DNA of 64,000 nucleotides, taken from the NCBI RefSeq assembly GCF_009914755.1, contig NC_060943.1; one strand, 5' to 3'. This stretch comes from the human T2T-CHM13v2.0 reference genome, Homo sapiens. The position numbers and the translations under genes were made by a program. The notes beneath the pieces are model-generated. The model did no database searches. It had not been told where the DNA came from and worked only from the letters and a program-made list of their open reading frames with translations. Positions 1-12,504 of this stretch are shown piece by piece. Numbering within the stretch: position 1 is the first letter of the stretch; the number at the start of each line of letters is the position of its first letter.

Positions 1-544
1 AACTCTGTCTTCACCTTGCCTACAGCATCAGGTCCACAAAGCCACCCCTTCCCCCACCATGAATCAGAATCGCCCAGATAAAGGAGTTGTGTTGGCCTAG
101 CAGATAGGCAAGCAAATTGGGCCTGTTTGCAAGGGATAGAGCATTTGGAGAGCTGAAAACTTCTCTAAAGCTGTAAGAACACCATTCAGTCCTGTTCAGG
201 CCACTCAGCCACACGGGACAGTTCCATGCATGTAGCCCCCCGCTAATAACCATTCCCCACCCCCCACCCACCCACACCTCTGCAGATCAGGACTCTCAAC
301 TTGGCAGCCCTTGTTGCTGTCCACAAGAATGAAAACAAAACAAAAAAACAGTTTTCCCAGGAGGGAAGCTGGGTGAAGAAGACATGAAATGCATAGAGCC
401 TTCTCCTTCTGGCCCATGACAGACATGAAAACACAGATGCAACACAACTCTGGTCCAAACATCCCTGAGCCTGCACATTCTATGAATCTGTCGCTTCCTT
501 TGTAAAATGAGGAGAAAGTGACTCAGGCTTGAGAGACAGACAGT

Positions 545-830
545 GAAACCAGATTTCAAAGCCCAGTTCTGCCACTGACCTGCTGTGCAACTCAGGGCAA
601 TTATTTAATATAATCTACTTCTCTGAGCTTGGTTCCTTATTTGTAAAATAGAGATTTACATCTCAAGGTGTATTCATTTACTCAGTCATTCAGCAAATAT
701 TTATTTGACTTGTACTGAGCTCCAGGCAGTGTTCTAGGTGTTAGCGATGGTCGTGAACAAATGAACTCTGTAGGGTATGGCACAGCACACAGGTGCTAAG
801 TAAATAATGACTGTTATTACTCTCACTATT
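545..830 (+). mobile_element. MIR SINE interrupted by a minus-strand L2 3' fragment (~671-765)
   Basis: MIR core (tctgccactgacctgctgtgcaactcagggcaa...tctctgagcttggttccttatttgtaaaatag). L2 tail signature cattcagcaaatatttatt. Confidence 0.65.
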
Positions 831-1231
831 GCTAATGAGTTTTGTCATGAGAAGCAACTGGAATTAAAGTATGTTAGTGTATTTTATAAGTGTAAAGCTC
901 TCTGCAGACATTAGCTGATATTATTTCTTCCATGGCTCATGCTCTAAGAGAAGGCCAATGGGTTGCTCTCGGCCCCTTTCAGAATTGCAAGAGAGCTGCC
1001 ACCAGTTCTTGCCACATCTCCTGTCTCATGTACACAGCTATCTTAGAATTCATGCTCTGAACAGGCAGCAAGAGAGATCAAACTTTTTCTTTCTCCAAGT
1101 CTCAAGGTGCCTCTTTTGTCTTGCATTTCTCTGATCATTGGAGCTTTAAGCATAACTACCAGGTTTTCAAATTAGTCATATTTGTCTGTGTGCATTTGTA
1201 CACATACTAATCAGCATCAAACACATCTCGG

Positions 1232-1368
1232 TGGATAGAGATAGATAGATACATAGATAGATACATAGATAGACAAATGATAGGTAGATAATAGACAGAT
1301 GATAGATAGATAGAGGTTAGATAGATACATAGACTGATAATAAATAGATGATAGGTAGATAGATGATT

Positions 1369-1414
<46 letters not shown>

Positions 1415-1423
1415 CAGATAGAT
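1232..1423. repeat. Compound (GATA/TAGA)n STR, pure (GATA)11 at ~1369-1412
   Basis: Read directly. Confidence 0.95.
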
Positions 1424-2059
1424 CTGTGATTGCTTACCTACAATAAAACCTCTTTAAGGAAGGTCCCCAGGGGTTGGGTGTTCTACGAAACTAAGCTCAA
1501 CCATTTCTGCCCCCAAATGAGGCCATGAAGAGTAGGAAAACAAAAGGAGGGGAGGGCCAGCTGGTGCTACTGATTTTAACCCAGCAGGCTATCAGGTTGC
1601 ACTAGCCAAACCCTGGGTTGGATAAGCCATGGCAAGATCAAGGTTGGGCTAGGATAACTGTGAATGGCTCAGCAGTCCCTCTCCATAAGTAGTTATTTCT
1701 CTCTTTGGAGAGAAGAGCTTTGCTTCAGGACCTCTGTCCATGTGTGATGAATGGTTGGGACCAGAAAGACATGCATGTGACAAAAATAGAGTCAGCTTGT
1801 ATTCCTGCAGAAGGTCAAGTCAAGTATATGCCTGGCCCTGGGCAACACCAAACTCACCACTGCTGATTCCTACAGAGTGTTCTCCTGTCCTGACATCATG
1901 GCTCTCAGGGCCCTCCCGTGCCCAGAAACTAATCAGTATCAGACACATCTAGGAGAAATTCAGGGACTGCAGCCTCCCTTGAAGGTGGCAGAGAGAACCA
2001 AACCCTCAACCCACCCCCAGTCACAAAGGTAAAATCAGGATGGAAACCAAAAGACTCAT

Positions 2060-2530
2060 TTTTGTACTTAATTTCCATTGATTAAAAAAATATGTAAATG
2101 CAAAGATGTTGACACGATTAAGCCATTATGGGCTTATTGCGCAATTATTTCTTTGATAGTTCATGACGGCTCAATTGGAGGCATAATGGACTATTATGCA
2201 ATGACATCTTTGCTGAGTTTTTTGCTTGTTTTCCTCTTTTCCTTAATTTTCTTTCTTTCATCTTTCCTCCTTTAAAAAAAGAGAGAGAGAATTTTTCATT
2301 TGCAGATCATTGACTTTTTAATGTCAGATTATTTACTCAATAGTCAATAACGATGCCTTTGGATTCATTATGGGCTATCGTGTAAATAGCTAATTGCATT
2401 AATAACAGCCTTTTTACAAATGTTTAGTTTGCAGCTCATCACACCCACGGACTGTGTAATTGCTGCTATCGGGGCTGATGGGCAGGCACAGCCCTGGGTG
2501 CCTGCATGGTGACAGGGGGACGTCTGTTGC
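2060..2530. promoter_or_regulatory. Candidate conserved non-coding element / developmental enhancer
   Basis: No recognisable repeat, AT-rich, retained CpGs. Inverted TAAGCC/GGCTTA (2119-2136), ATTGCGCAAT (2136-2145), CTTTGAT (2151-2157), many TAAT/ATTA cores. Function is inferred. Confidence 0.5.
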
Positions 2531-4087
2531 CTTTGTTCTAACCTGACCAAGTTAGAACCACTAACCACATCTGTGCATGCATGTGTGCCTGTGTGTGTTT
2601 ATGTAGAGGGGAGCTATGGCATGAACATTTGTCAGTTATTTCACTTTATGTTTATAAAGATGAGGAGGGATTCTTAGGTGGCTGAAAATTTTGCTTTGAA
2701 AACCGTCGTGCTAATTTAAAGGAGGAAAAGTCTATGAGTTGGAAAGACTAACTTATTAAGAGGCAGTGTGTTCTGTGGGGCATTTTTCTTTCATAGATTG
2801 GAGCTAGTGATTTTGAGAGCAGATTCAGATCCTGGAGTGCATACAGAACAAATCTCCCAGGATCTGGCCGATGTACTCACGAGGCTCATTGTCTTCTTGT
2901 CAACAGGGCTTTGTGTTTGTGAACAGGGATTCTCATATGCATAGAGCCTTTGTGGAAGCCATCTAATATCTTTTGCATGTACATTTGAGGAAAACTGAGG
3001 CAGAAGATAAACACGGTCAGCACTGGGTCAGCTGGTGTTCACTTGTAGTGGGGCAGGTGGTTCCTTGGATCAAAGTGATCATTTTCCACTCCTTCACCTG
3101 CCTGTTTTCTGAGCCCCGGGGCCAACCACAGCATCTTCCTTCATTGTCCCAGGGGGCTCCTTTCCTTCCTTCTTGTACCCTTCCCAAGCATCTCTTCACA
3201 GCCTTCACTGCTTGGCATAGACCATCCCTGGCCAAGTTTTCAGTCCAGATAGATTGCTCTGCATGTCAGGGGTTCAGCAGTATATTCAAAATTGAAAATA
3301 TAATCTCGATCACTTTTTAAAGACAATTCAGGACACCTACCAGAGATCAGACTGAGTTAGCATTTTGAGTAAAGGGACACAAAAATTGTGCTCTGCCCCC
3401 AAACTGAAAGGTCTTCCTCCACAACTACAGTGAACCCCACAGTATACTGGGCAAGGGGTCTTATCTGCAAGATGTCCATCCACTCATCATCCCTCCCCAA
3501 TACAGAACGTACAGAAGAACCAAGACCAATCTGCATAAACCATTTAATCCAAAGACAGCATGCACTTGGATTGCGAACTTGGATTGTGAACAGCACCCTG
3601 TTCGCTTGGTCAGTGTTGACAAAATGCTGAAAGTCCTCAGGCCTTTGCCATTTCAACTCCTAGAACTTGAACTTGTGGGCTGGTGAAATAACGCATAAAT
3701 GTCTCCTGTTAGCTGCACATCTCTTTCTCCACCTTTAGAATGCTTTCCTCTATTTGATCACTTTTCAAGTATTAATGGTAAGTCATAATTCCAAAATAAT
3801 TTTGAGAGCAAAAGAAAATAAATACACCCAGCCTAGGAGATAAAAAAGAGTTATGGGACTAGTTTAGACAAGATTATGACACTTATCATTCAACTAAAAC
3901 CATAACATAATAAAGAATTTTACGCATTACATGGTCCTCTTTTCTTAACATAAAGGGATAAATGGCACACTTCTCATATCTAGCAACATAAGGTACTCAA
4001 ATCTATTCAGATGGTTCTACTAAAATTGGGAGAATTAGGAAAAAGAAAAGATGCTTACTAACTGGAAAAGTTCATGCATTTTTAAAG

Positions 4088-4872
4088 TTTTATTTTACAT
4101 ATGCAGGTTTGTTACATGGGTATATTGCCCCCAGGTAGTGAGCATAGTACCCAGTGGGTAGTTTTTTAACCCACACCCCCTCCTCCCTCTCCCCTCTAGT
4201 AGTCCCCAGCATCTATTGTCCCTATGTTTATGTCCATGTATGCTCAATCCTTAGCTCCCACTTGTAAGTGAGAACACATGGTATTTTTTCTGTTCCTGCA
4301 TTAATTAGCGTAGGATTCTGGCCTCCAGCTCCATCCAAGTTGCTGTAAAGGACATGATTTTGCTTTTTAATGGCTGCATAGTATTCCATTGTGTACATGT
4401 ACCACATTTTCTTAATCGAGTCCACCATTGATGGCCACCTAGGTGGATTTCATGTCTTTGCTGTTGTGAATAATGTGGGGATGAACATACATGTGCATGT
4501 GTCTTTTTGGTACAATGATTTGTTTTCTTTTGGATATATACCCAGCATTGAGATTCCTGGGTTGAATGGTAGTTCTGTTCTAAGTTCTTGAGAAATCACA
4601 AAACTGCTTTCCACAGTGGTTGAACTAATCTACATTCCCACCAAAAATGTATAAGCATTCTCTGCAACCTCACCAACATCTGATGTTTTTTGACTTTTTG
4701 ATAATAGCCATTCTGACTGGTGTGAGATGGCATCTCACTATGGTTTTGATTTGCATTTCTCTGATGATTAGTGATGCATTATATCATATGCTTGTTGGCT
4801 GCTTATATGTCTTCTTTTGGAACATGTCTGTTTATGTCTTTCATTCATTTTTTAAGGGGCTTATTTGTTTTT
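4088..4872 (-). mobile_element. L1 3' end, 5'-truncated (L1PA15/16-like)
   Basis: atgcaggtttgttacatggg...ttagctcccacttgtaagtgagaac. ORF 4228-4428 (KKMWYMYTMEYYAAIKK) is the L1 ORF2 C-terminus. Confidence 0.9.
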
Positions 4873-4892
4873 TAGTCCAGAAATTTCTGAGT

Positions 4893-5230
4893 CTTGGTTG
4901 CAAATGTCAGAAACCAATTTCAAGGTGGTTTAGGGTAAGTGGATTTATCAAGAACATCCTCCAGGTGCCCCATAGAGCCAAACAGAGCAGTGGGCTGGAT
5001 CACAGGAGCCCTAGGAGGCAAAGCATTCAGGGCTCTCACACTCTCTTACCACTTCTTCCCCCTCCCTCTCTCTGCCAAGGTGAGAGCACCATGGTGAGGG
5101 CACCAAGGTGAGGGCACCATGGCAGCCAAACACTCCCAAGATTCTACTGCTGAAAAGAAAGTCTCTCTGGATCCCAAATCCAAAAAATTATAATTGTTGA
5201 GTATCCACCACTGAACTTAACAATGGTGCC
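4893..5230. mobile_element. Old ERVL/MaLR-type LTR fragment (LTR33/MLT-like)
   Basis: Start ttggttgcaaatgtcagaaaccaatttcaa resembles these LTR termini. Highly decayed. Confidence 0.35.
5075..5122. repeat. 14-bp minisatellite CCAWGGTGAGRGCA x3.4
   Basis: ccaaggtgagagca/ccatggtgagggca/ccaaggtgagggca/ccatgg. Confidence 0.9.
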
Positions 5231-5515
5231 AGGAGATCATTGGAATCATAGCTAATCACCCAAGACCATTTGAATGCAGCAGAGAGAGTGGGGGAATGAT
5301 GGAACAGATTATATGAGAAAAGGGAGAAAAATTGGGATAAGCAGTGAAAACAAAATGTATTCTCTACGTACAGGCAGGATTTCCCATGGTAGTAATTATG
5401 ACCCTCTTTCAGTTATCCATGCCTTGGGCATAGCTAATGAGCAGCAGCTGGGGTAAGCGGAAGCAGAGTTACAGACAATCAGCAAGCATTTGCCAAACCC
5501 TTGCAACATGGACTG

Positions 5516-5571
5516 TGATATAGTTTGGATGTTTTGTCCCCTTCAAATCTCATGCTGAAATGTGACCCCCA
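5516..5571 (+). mobile_element. 5' stub of an MST-type MaLR LTR
   Basis: tgatatagtttggatgttttgtccccttcaaatctcatgctgaaatgtgacccc matches the MST/THE1 LTR start. Confidence 0.8.
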
Positions 5572-7097
5572 CCTGATTTCAAATTATACTACAGAGTTAT
5601 AGTAACCAAAACAGCATGGTACTGACATAAAAACAGACACATAGACTAATAGAACAGAACAAAGAACCAAGAAACAAACAAATCCACATGCCTAGAGTTA
5701 ACTTATTCTCCACAAGATGTCAAAAACATACACTGGGGAGACTCAGTCTCTTCAATAAATAGTGCAGGGAAAACTGGGGATCTGTATGCAGAAGAATGAA
5801 ACTAGACCCCTATCTCCTGCCACATAAAAAAATCAACTCAAAATTGGTTAAACACTTAAATTAAACATTGGAGACACTCTTCAGGACATTGGTCTGGGCA
5901 AAAATTTCTTGAGAGTACTTGAGAGTACTAATAAGCCACAAACACAGGCAACCAAAGCAAAAATGGACAAATGGGATCACATCAAGTTAAAAAGCTTCCG
6001 CACAGCAAAGGTAACAATCAACAAAGTGAAGAGACAACTCACGGAATGGAAGAAAGTATTTGCAAACTACCTATCTAATGAGGGATTAATAACCAGAACA
6101 TACAAGGAACTCAAACAACTCTACGAGAGAAAAATCTAATAATCTGATCAAAAATGGGCAAAAGTACATACAAATGGCAAACTGGTATGTGAAAAAGTGC
6201 TCAACCTCATTCATTATCAGAGAAATGCAAATCAAAACTACAATGAGATATCATCTCACCCCCGTTAAAATGGCTTTCATCCAAATGACAGGCAATAACA
6301 AATGCTTGTGAAGATGTGGAGAAAGGGGGAACCCTTATACACTCTAATGCAAATTAGTACAAATACTATGGAGAAGAGTTTGGAGGTTCCTCAAAAATCT
6401 AAAAATAGAGCTATCATATGATCCAGCAACCCCACTGCTATGTATCCAAAAGAAAGGAAATCAGTATATCAAAGAGATGTCTGCCATCTCTGTTGCAGCA
6501 GCATTTACAATAGCCAAGATTTGGAAATAACTTAAATGTCTATCAATAGATGAATGGATAAAGAAAATGTGGTACATATACACTATAGAGTACTATTCAG
6601 CCATTAAAAAAAAAGAAAATGAGATCCTGTCATTTGCAACAACATGGATAGAACTGGAGATCACTATGTTAAGTGAAACAAGCCAGACACAGAAAGATAA
6701 ACATTGCATCTTATCACTTACTTGTGGGATCTAAAAGTCAAAACAATTGAACTAATGGAAATAGAGAGTAGAAGAATTGTTACCAGAGGCTGGGAAAGAG
6801 AGTGAGGGTTGTTGGGGGAGGTGGGGATGGTTAATACATACAAAAAAAATAGAAAGAATGAATAAGACCTACTATTTCATAGCACAACAGGGAGACTATA
6901 GTCAAAAATAATTTAATTGTACATTTTAAAATAACTAAAAGAGTATAATTGGATTGTTTACAACAAAAAGGATAAATAGTTGAGGTGATGGATACCCCAT
7001 TTACCCTGATGTGGTTATTAACACATTGCATGCCTGTATCAAAATATCTCAAGTAACCCATTAATATATATACCTACTATGCCATCACAAAAATTAC
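5572..7097 (+). mobile_element. L1 ORF2 3' part + 3'UTR (L1MA2/3-like)
   Basis: ORF 5909-6139 (KAKMDKWDHIKLKSF) is L1 ORF2. 3'UTR gaggtgatggataccccatttaccctgatgtg. Confidence 0.9.
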
Positions 7098-7669
7098 ACA
7101 GGAAGCGGCAAACACTTCCTGCATGCAGACCACCTGGGGTTTATGGTACAGAAAGTGGATCCACCTCCCAAGGGTAATGCCACATGTCCCGTAACATCTC
7201 TGATGAAAAGGTACCATCTTTATATGAATATTCCAGCAAGTGCTAATAATGCTATTGTTCCTGTCACTTATGACAATTCCTTATATAACTTCCCAGAAAG
7301 ATGGTCTGACCTGGACCTGGAATTCTGGGAGGTTCAGAGAAGCAAATATCCTTATCCAAGGGATAGCACGGGGACCCCAGGACTCTGCCTTAAGACATCA
7401 GACCATCATCTCTGCCATCCATAGGTCTGCGCTGGGTGCAAGTCACCAGATCCGTTATCGGGAAACCAAAACGGCCACTTTGTGAGAATCACCCTTCTCC
7501 TTGAGCACCCCTGCCAGGTGTGCTGGGAGATTCACATGGACCTCACTGGAGGAAAATCCAGTACTAGTCGATCAGTGGCAAGTGGACAAGGCACTCATAT
7601 TACAAAGGATTCACACCATGAATAATTTATTTCGGACTTCTCTTCAATAACAAGATCCCATACATATTC

Positions 7670-7951
7670 TTTTCTTCTTTGAGAGAGAGTTCCGCTTTTG
7701 CTGCCCAGGCTGGAGTGCAGTGCTCACTGCAACCTCCGCTTCCTGGTCTCAAGCAATTCTCCTGCCTCAGCCTCTGGAGTAGCTGGGATTACAGGTGTGC
7801 GCCACCATGCCCGGCTATTTTTTGTATTTTTAGCGGAGACAGGGTTTCACCATGTTGGTCAGGCTGGTCTTGAACTCCTGACCTCAGGCAATGCACCCGC
7901 CTCAGCCTCCCAAAGTGCTGGGATTACAGTCGTGAGCCACCACGCCTGGCC
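7670..7951 (-). mobile_element. AluS
   Basis: Dimeric Alu in antisense with a small internal deletion. Imperfect TSD acatattct/acagattct. Confidence 0.95.
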
Positions 7952-8236
7952 ACAGATTCTTAAATGAATCAATTTCCAAAAGTTTGTTTCCCATATGAAG
8001 TTTCAGAAATATGCAAAACATGCCATATAATTAGAGTCCGTAGAACTCTAGGAAGACTGGAGCTGGAAGTGGCTGCAGGCATATGTAAGCCCAATGACTT
8101 TTCTAACTGAAGTGTGTAGAAGTATCACCTATGACACCTGTCAAAAAGACCTCCATGTGCCTTCCCCAGGCAGTCTGATTCTGAAGACCTGGGGCAGACC
8201 CAGCAAGCCTGATCCTGGACATCCATGAATCCCACT

Positions 8237-8345
8237 GCTGGGGAAACAGAAGCAGGATAGCTTCAGTGACTCCTGGAATCACACAAAGCCTGGACAGACC
8301 TGGGACTAGAACCCAGAGCTCTGATGCTCAAAATGCTGCCTCTAG
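8237..8345 (-). mobile_element. MIR/MIR3 fragment
   Basis: ggggaaacagaagcagg...cctgggactagaacccagagctctg. Confidence 0.55.
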
Positions 8346-8659
8346 TTCAGTAACTGCTTTTCTAGAATGCCTAGATGATGAATGGCTTCAACAACTGGAA
8401 TATTTTATCTCTAATTCTGATAAGCAACAATTATTTCCCAGAGGGTGGGGCAAATAGAATATAAGGCAGAAGATAAGGATGTTTTATAAATTGGAAGAGA
8501 AGCCTCCAGCCCCTCATTAATCCACTCTGCTTTGCTCTAAACTAAAGAGGATTGCATTTCCTTTTTTTTTTACTTTGAAATAATAGACTGAAAGAAAAGG
8601 TTCCAGAAGAAAATCCAAATGAACGCCCAAGCCATGTTCTCTCACAAAAGAATACTGAG

Positions 8660-9120
8660 CAAACTTTTAATGCAGATGATCCTGGAACAATTTAATAGCT
8701 AAGTGATCCATGATTTTTCTTAACATCTATCCTCATTAAAAGAGAGAGAGAGAGAGAAAGAGAGGGAGAGAAAAAAGAAGCTGAGAAATATCTTTCAAAC
8801 CCGATGAATTCAATGCCACTTCTTTTTCTTTTACTTAATTTTCCAGGTATCTCAGCATGATCTGAATAAATTATGCTGACAATAACATAATATAAATGAT
8901 AAATCATCAACACAATTTTAGTGATATATTGCGGGAAATGTAAATAATAACCAGGGCTGCTAATTGGCTTGCTTCTTGGGAACAAAGCTGTGACCGCGTG
9001 GCTGTGCCAGTCTTGGCTCCGTCATTAAGTATTTCTGCTGGTAAGTTGTTTCTGCTGATCTGGAGAGGAAAGCGCAGCCTCGCAGGCAAACCTTTGTGTG
9101 AAACTTCTTCTGGCAAGAGC
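8660..9120. promoter_or_regulatory. Candidate conserved non-coding element / enhancer
   Basis: Unique AT-rich block with CpGs. PBX-HOX ATGATTTAT on the minus strand (8899-8907), GCTAATTGGC, AACAAAG (SOX-type). Confidence 0.45.
8847..9040 (+). other. Candidate non-coding internal exon (194 nt)
   Basis: Pyrimidine tract + CCAG acceptor ending at 8846. Donor CTG|GTAAGT at 9040/9041. Confidence 0.3.
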
Positions 9121-9590
9121 AAGGGCTTAAGAGAGAGAGACCGTGGTGAGTTGCAGGCGATACTTTCTTTGTTCCTCCAGAGTGCCTGTGGGTTGCAAGT
9201 TGGCCTCGATTCCCGTGCAAAACTGTGTTCCCCTAGAAGCAGCAGTAAGACTGAGACAAGGGAAATCTCTTCAAGTCAGTTAAGTTGCTGAATCTTTCCA
9301 AAAACTCTTCTGACTCATTTTGATTTCTTCCTCTCTTTTTTTTTGCTTTGATAACGATTTGATTACAACTTCATTTGACCAGAAACATAAGCTGTTTCTA
9401 TGTGCTTCTTATTTTGAAAATACCTTGTTAGCATTCATCATATGTTTATGGAGCTTAAAAATATATTTTGTTTCCTTTTCCCAAACAAACCCTTCTGCTT
9501 TCTAACAGGGTTGGGCTTCTTATCTACAGTGTTCCCTCTGTGTCAAACGATGTCTTCAGAAAAAAAATAACCTGGGGTGTAGTGGGTATA

Positions 9591-9985
9591 TTCATTCATT
9601 TACTGAGCATACCAGACCAGGGTTTGAGTCCTGAGGGGACACCATATGAATCCCAGGGGCAGGTTTCCACTCTTAGGTTCTTACATCCTAGTGGGAGGGG
9701 CAGGCAGAGAAAGAAGAAACATAATACATTTAAAAAATTGATTTGAGATCATGTTGTTTAAAACAATATAGAGCCATAAGACAGAGAGGAGCAGGTGTGA
9801 TAGATGGTTCCAGGTGGCCTCCACAAGGAAGTGACATTGGAGTTGGGGCTTGGGGGACCAGAAGGAGCTGGCCATGCAAAGGTCTAGGGAAACTGTGTTC
9901 CGGACAGAGGGGCAGCATGTGCAAAGGCCCTGAGGCTGGAACAGTCTATTAAGTGTGAGGGAGGGAAAAAAAAGGCAGCAACTGG
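9591..9985 (-). mobile_element. L2 LINE 3' fragment
   Basis: ttcattcatttactgagca tail. ggcagcatgtgcaaaggccctgaggctggaa L2 hallmark. Confidence 0.8.
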
Positions 9986-10358
9986 GGAACTGGTTTCTCA
10001 CTGCAGCATGATGGTACCCCAGGGGACCATTTGAAAAAAGAGGAGTTTCTTTCTGCCACACCAGGGGTCGCTGCACAAGACTTCACCCCCATAGCTCCCA
10101 CTTCACATCATACCTTTCATCAGTGGGGCTGTGACTTCAGAGCTTCCAGGAATGCCGCTCCCATAACCGGTCTTCTCCCAGCTCCTTGTGCTCGGGATTT
10201 GAATGTGTTTCCTCCTCCAACCTGCTGGCTTCCTAAGAGTAGAGTCATTCTCCTTAAAGATTGGCCAGCCCATCACTGATGTGATCTAGCTCAGAGTGGG
10301 TCCTGGAGGCCACTGCCGGGGACTGGGCCTGGAGTGTGGTTTCTGTGTTCGTAGCCAC

Positions 10359-10715
10359 TGTACTATTCCATTCTTGTGCTGCTAATAAAGACATACGCAA
10401 GTCTGGGTAATTTCTGAAGAAAAAGAGGTTTAATGGACTCACAGTTCCATGGGGCTGGGGAGGCCTCACAATCATGGTGTAAGGTGAAAGGCACGTCTTA
10501 CATGGTGGCAGGCAAGAGACAGTGTGTGCAAGGGAACTCTCCTTTATTAAACCATCAAATCTCGTGAGACTTATTCACTATCACAAGAACAGCACGGGAA
10601 AGACCTGCCCCCATGATTCAATTACCTCCCACCGGGTCCCTCCCATGACATGTGGGAACTGTGGAAGCTACAATTCAGAACGAGATTTAGGTGGGGACTC
10701 AGCCAAACTATATCA
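10359..10715 (-). mobile_element. THE1 (B/C-like) solo LTR, 357 bp
   Basis: TG...CA ends. Perfect 5-bp TSD GCCAC (10354-10358, 10716-10720). THE1 consensus throughout. Confidence 0.95.
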
Positions 10716-11214
10716 GCCACTTTGGGTTCCAGACACAAAAGCGCCCAGCCAGGAGCCTCTGATGGGATGCTTCTTGCTACACCCGGGCCCTGGCCTGCTG
10801 CCCCTTGTTTATCGGCCAGCAAATCTGGCAACTCACCACCCTAGGAGTATGAGAGCACAATATGTGAGGTCCCTGACCCCTGAAAGTGAAGCCACCAATG
10901 CATTCCCTGGAGAGATCCCTTAAGTGGCTCACAGCAGAGAGCAACTGCTTTGATGAAAAGTTCTGAAGACTAAAGAACTGCCCCTAAATATTCCTGTCTC
11001 AAATGAGCTGGCAGCTCTACTTCCTTCTAAGAGTTAACTTGGACACTGGCCTGCACCTTAGAGAAGGTCCCATGAAGTCAACCAGCAGCTGAATAAGGGC
11101 AGCTTTTACTGTCAAAAATTATCAAGACAGGGACTGTGGCCAAACAGAAGAGCTGCGGGTTTAGCAACTCTCTTCTTGCAGCCGTCATTTCTAGGCCTCC
11201 ATCCCACCATCATC

Positions 11215-11400
11215 AAAACCATTTATTAAGCACTCCATCTGCATAGAGCTCCCATTTAGGCCTGGGACAGAGTGAGTCTGTTAGACAAAAGGTCCCCATC
11301 ACAGAGTTATGGGCCCATCACAGACAGACAGTGATGAGGCAGACTAGCTAATTAAGGCAGGCATTAAGCCAAGAGGCAGAGTTACAAAGCATTTGCACTG
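11215..11400 (-). mobile_element. L2 fragment
   Basis: catttattaagcact...gacaaaaggtcccc L2 3' motif. Confidence 0.5.
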
Positions 11401-11549
11401 GACACAGGCAGAAGAGTCCAAAGGTCCTAGTGGGGAGGAGAGGTGGGGAAGGAGGGCCTCATGCAACTCTGCCATTTGGATTTCAAAGGCTTCCTTATCC
11501 AATGAAGAGCCATGTCCATTGGATTCAAAGTCAAAGGATGATCATTATT

Positions 11550-12462
11550 GTTTTTTCATTTCAGTAGCTTTTGGGGTTCAATAGGTTTTTGGTTACATGA
11601 ATGAATTCTATAGTACTGAATTCTAAGATTTTAGTGCACCCACCTGTCACCCGAGTAGTGTACATTGTACCCAATATGTAGGTTTTTAAATCCCCCCACT
11701 TCCCACCCTCCCCCTAATCTCCAAAGTCCATCATATCACTCAGTCTTTGTGTTCTCATAGCTTAGCTCCTACTTGTAAGTGAGAACACGCAGTGTTTGGT
11801 TTTCCATTCCTGAATTACTTCACTTAGAATAATGGCCTCCAGCTCAATCTAAGTTGCTATAAAATACATTATTTAGTTCCTCTTTATGGCTGAGTAATAT
11901 TCCATGGTGTATATGTACCACATTTTCTTTATCTACTCATTGGTCAATGGGCACTTAGACTGGTTCCATATCTTTGCAACTGTGAGTTGTGCTGCTATAA
12001 ACATGCACGTACAAGTGTCTTTTTCATATAATAACTTCTATTCTTTTAGTTACATACCCAGCAGTGGGATTGCTACATCGAATAGTAGATCTACGTTTTG
12101 TTCTTTAAGGAATCTCCATATCGCTTTCCATACAAGTTGTACTAATTCACATTCCCACCAGCAGTGTAAAAGTGTTCCCTTTCACCACATCCACACCAAC
12201 GTCTATTGTTTTTTGACTTTTTAGTTATGTCCATTCTTATAGGAAGGAGGTGATAGCTCATTGTAGCTGTAATTCGCATTTCCCTGATAATTAGTGATGT
12301 TGAACATTTTTTTTCATATGTTTAAGAAATGGCTTTCCTGTCCATTGCCTTTGTTTGAGTTCCTTATAGATTCTAGACACTAGTCTTTTCTCACCTGCAC
12401 AGTTTGCAAATATTTTCTCCCCTTCTGTGGGTTGTCTGTTTACTCTGCTGATGATGATGATG

Positions 12463-12504
<42 letters not shown>

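Noticed and set aside
10448-10466. PRDM9 hotspot motif in THE1
   Set aside because: Minus strand reads CCTCCCCAGCCCC, not the hot CCTCCCTAGCCAC variant
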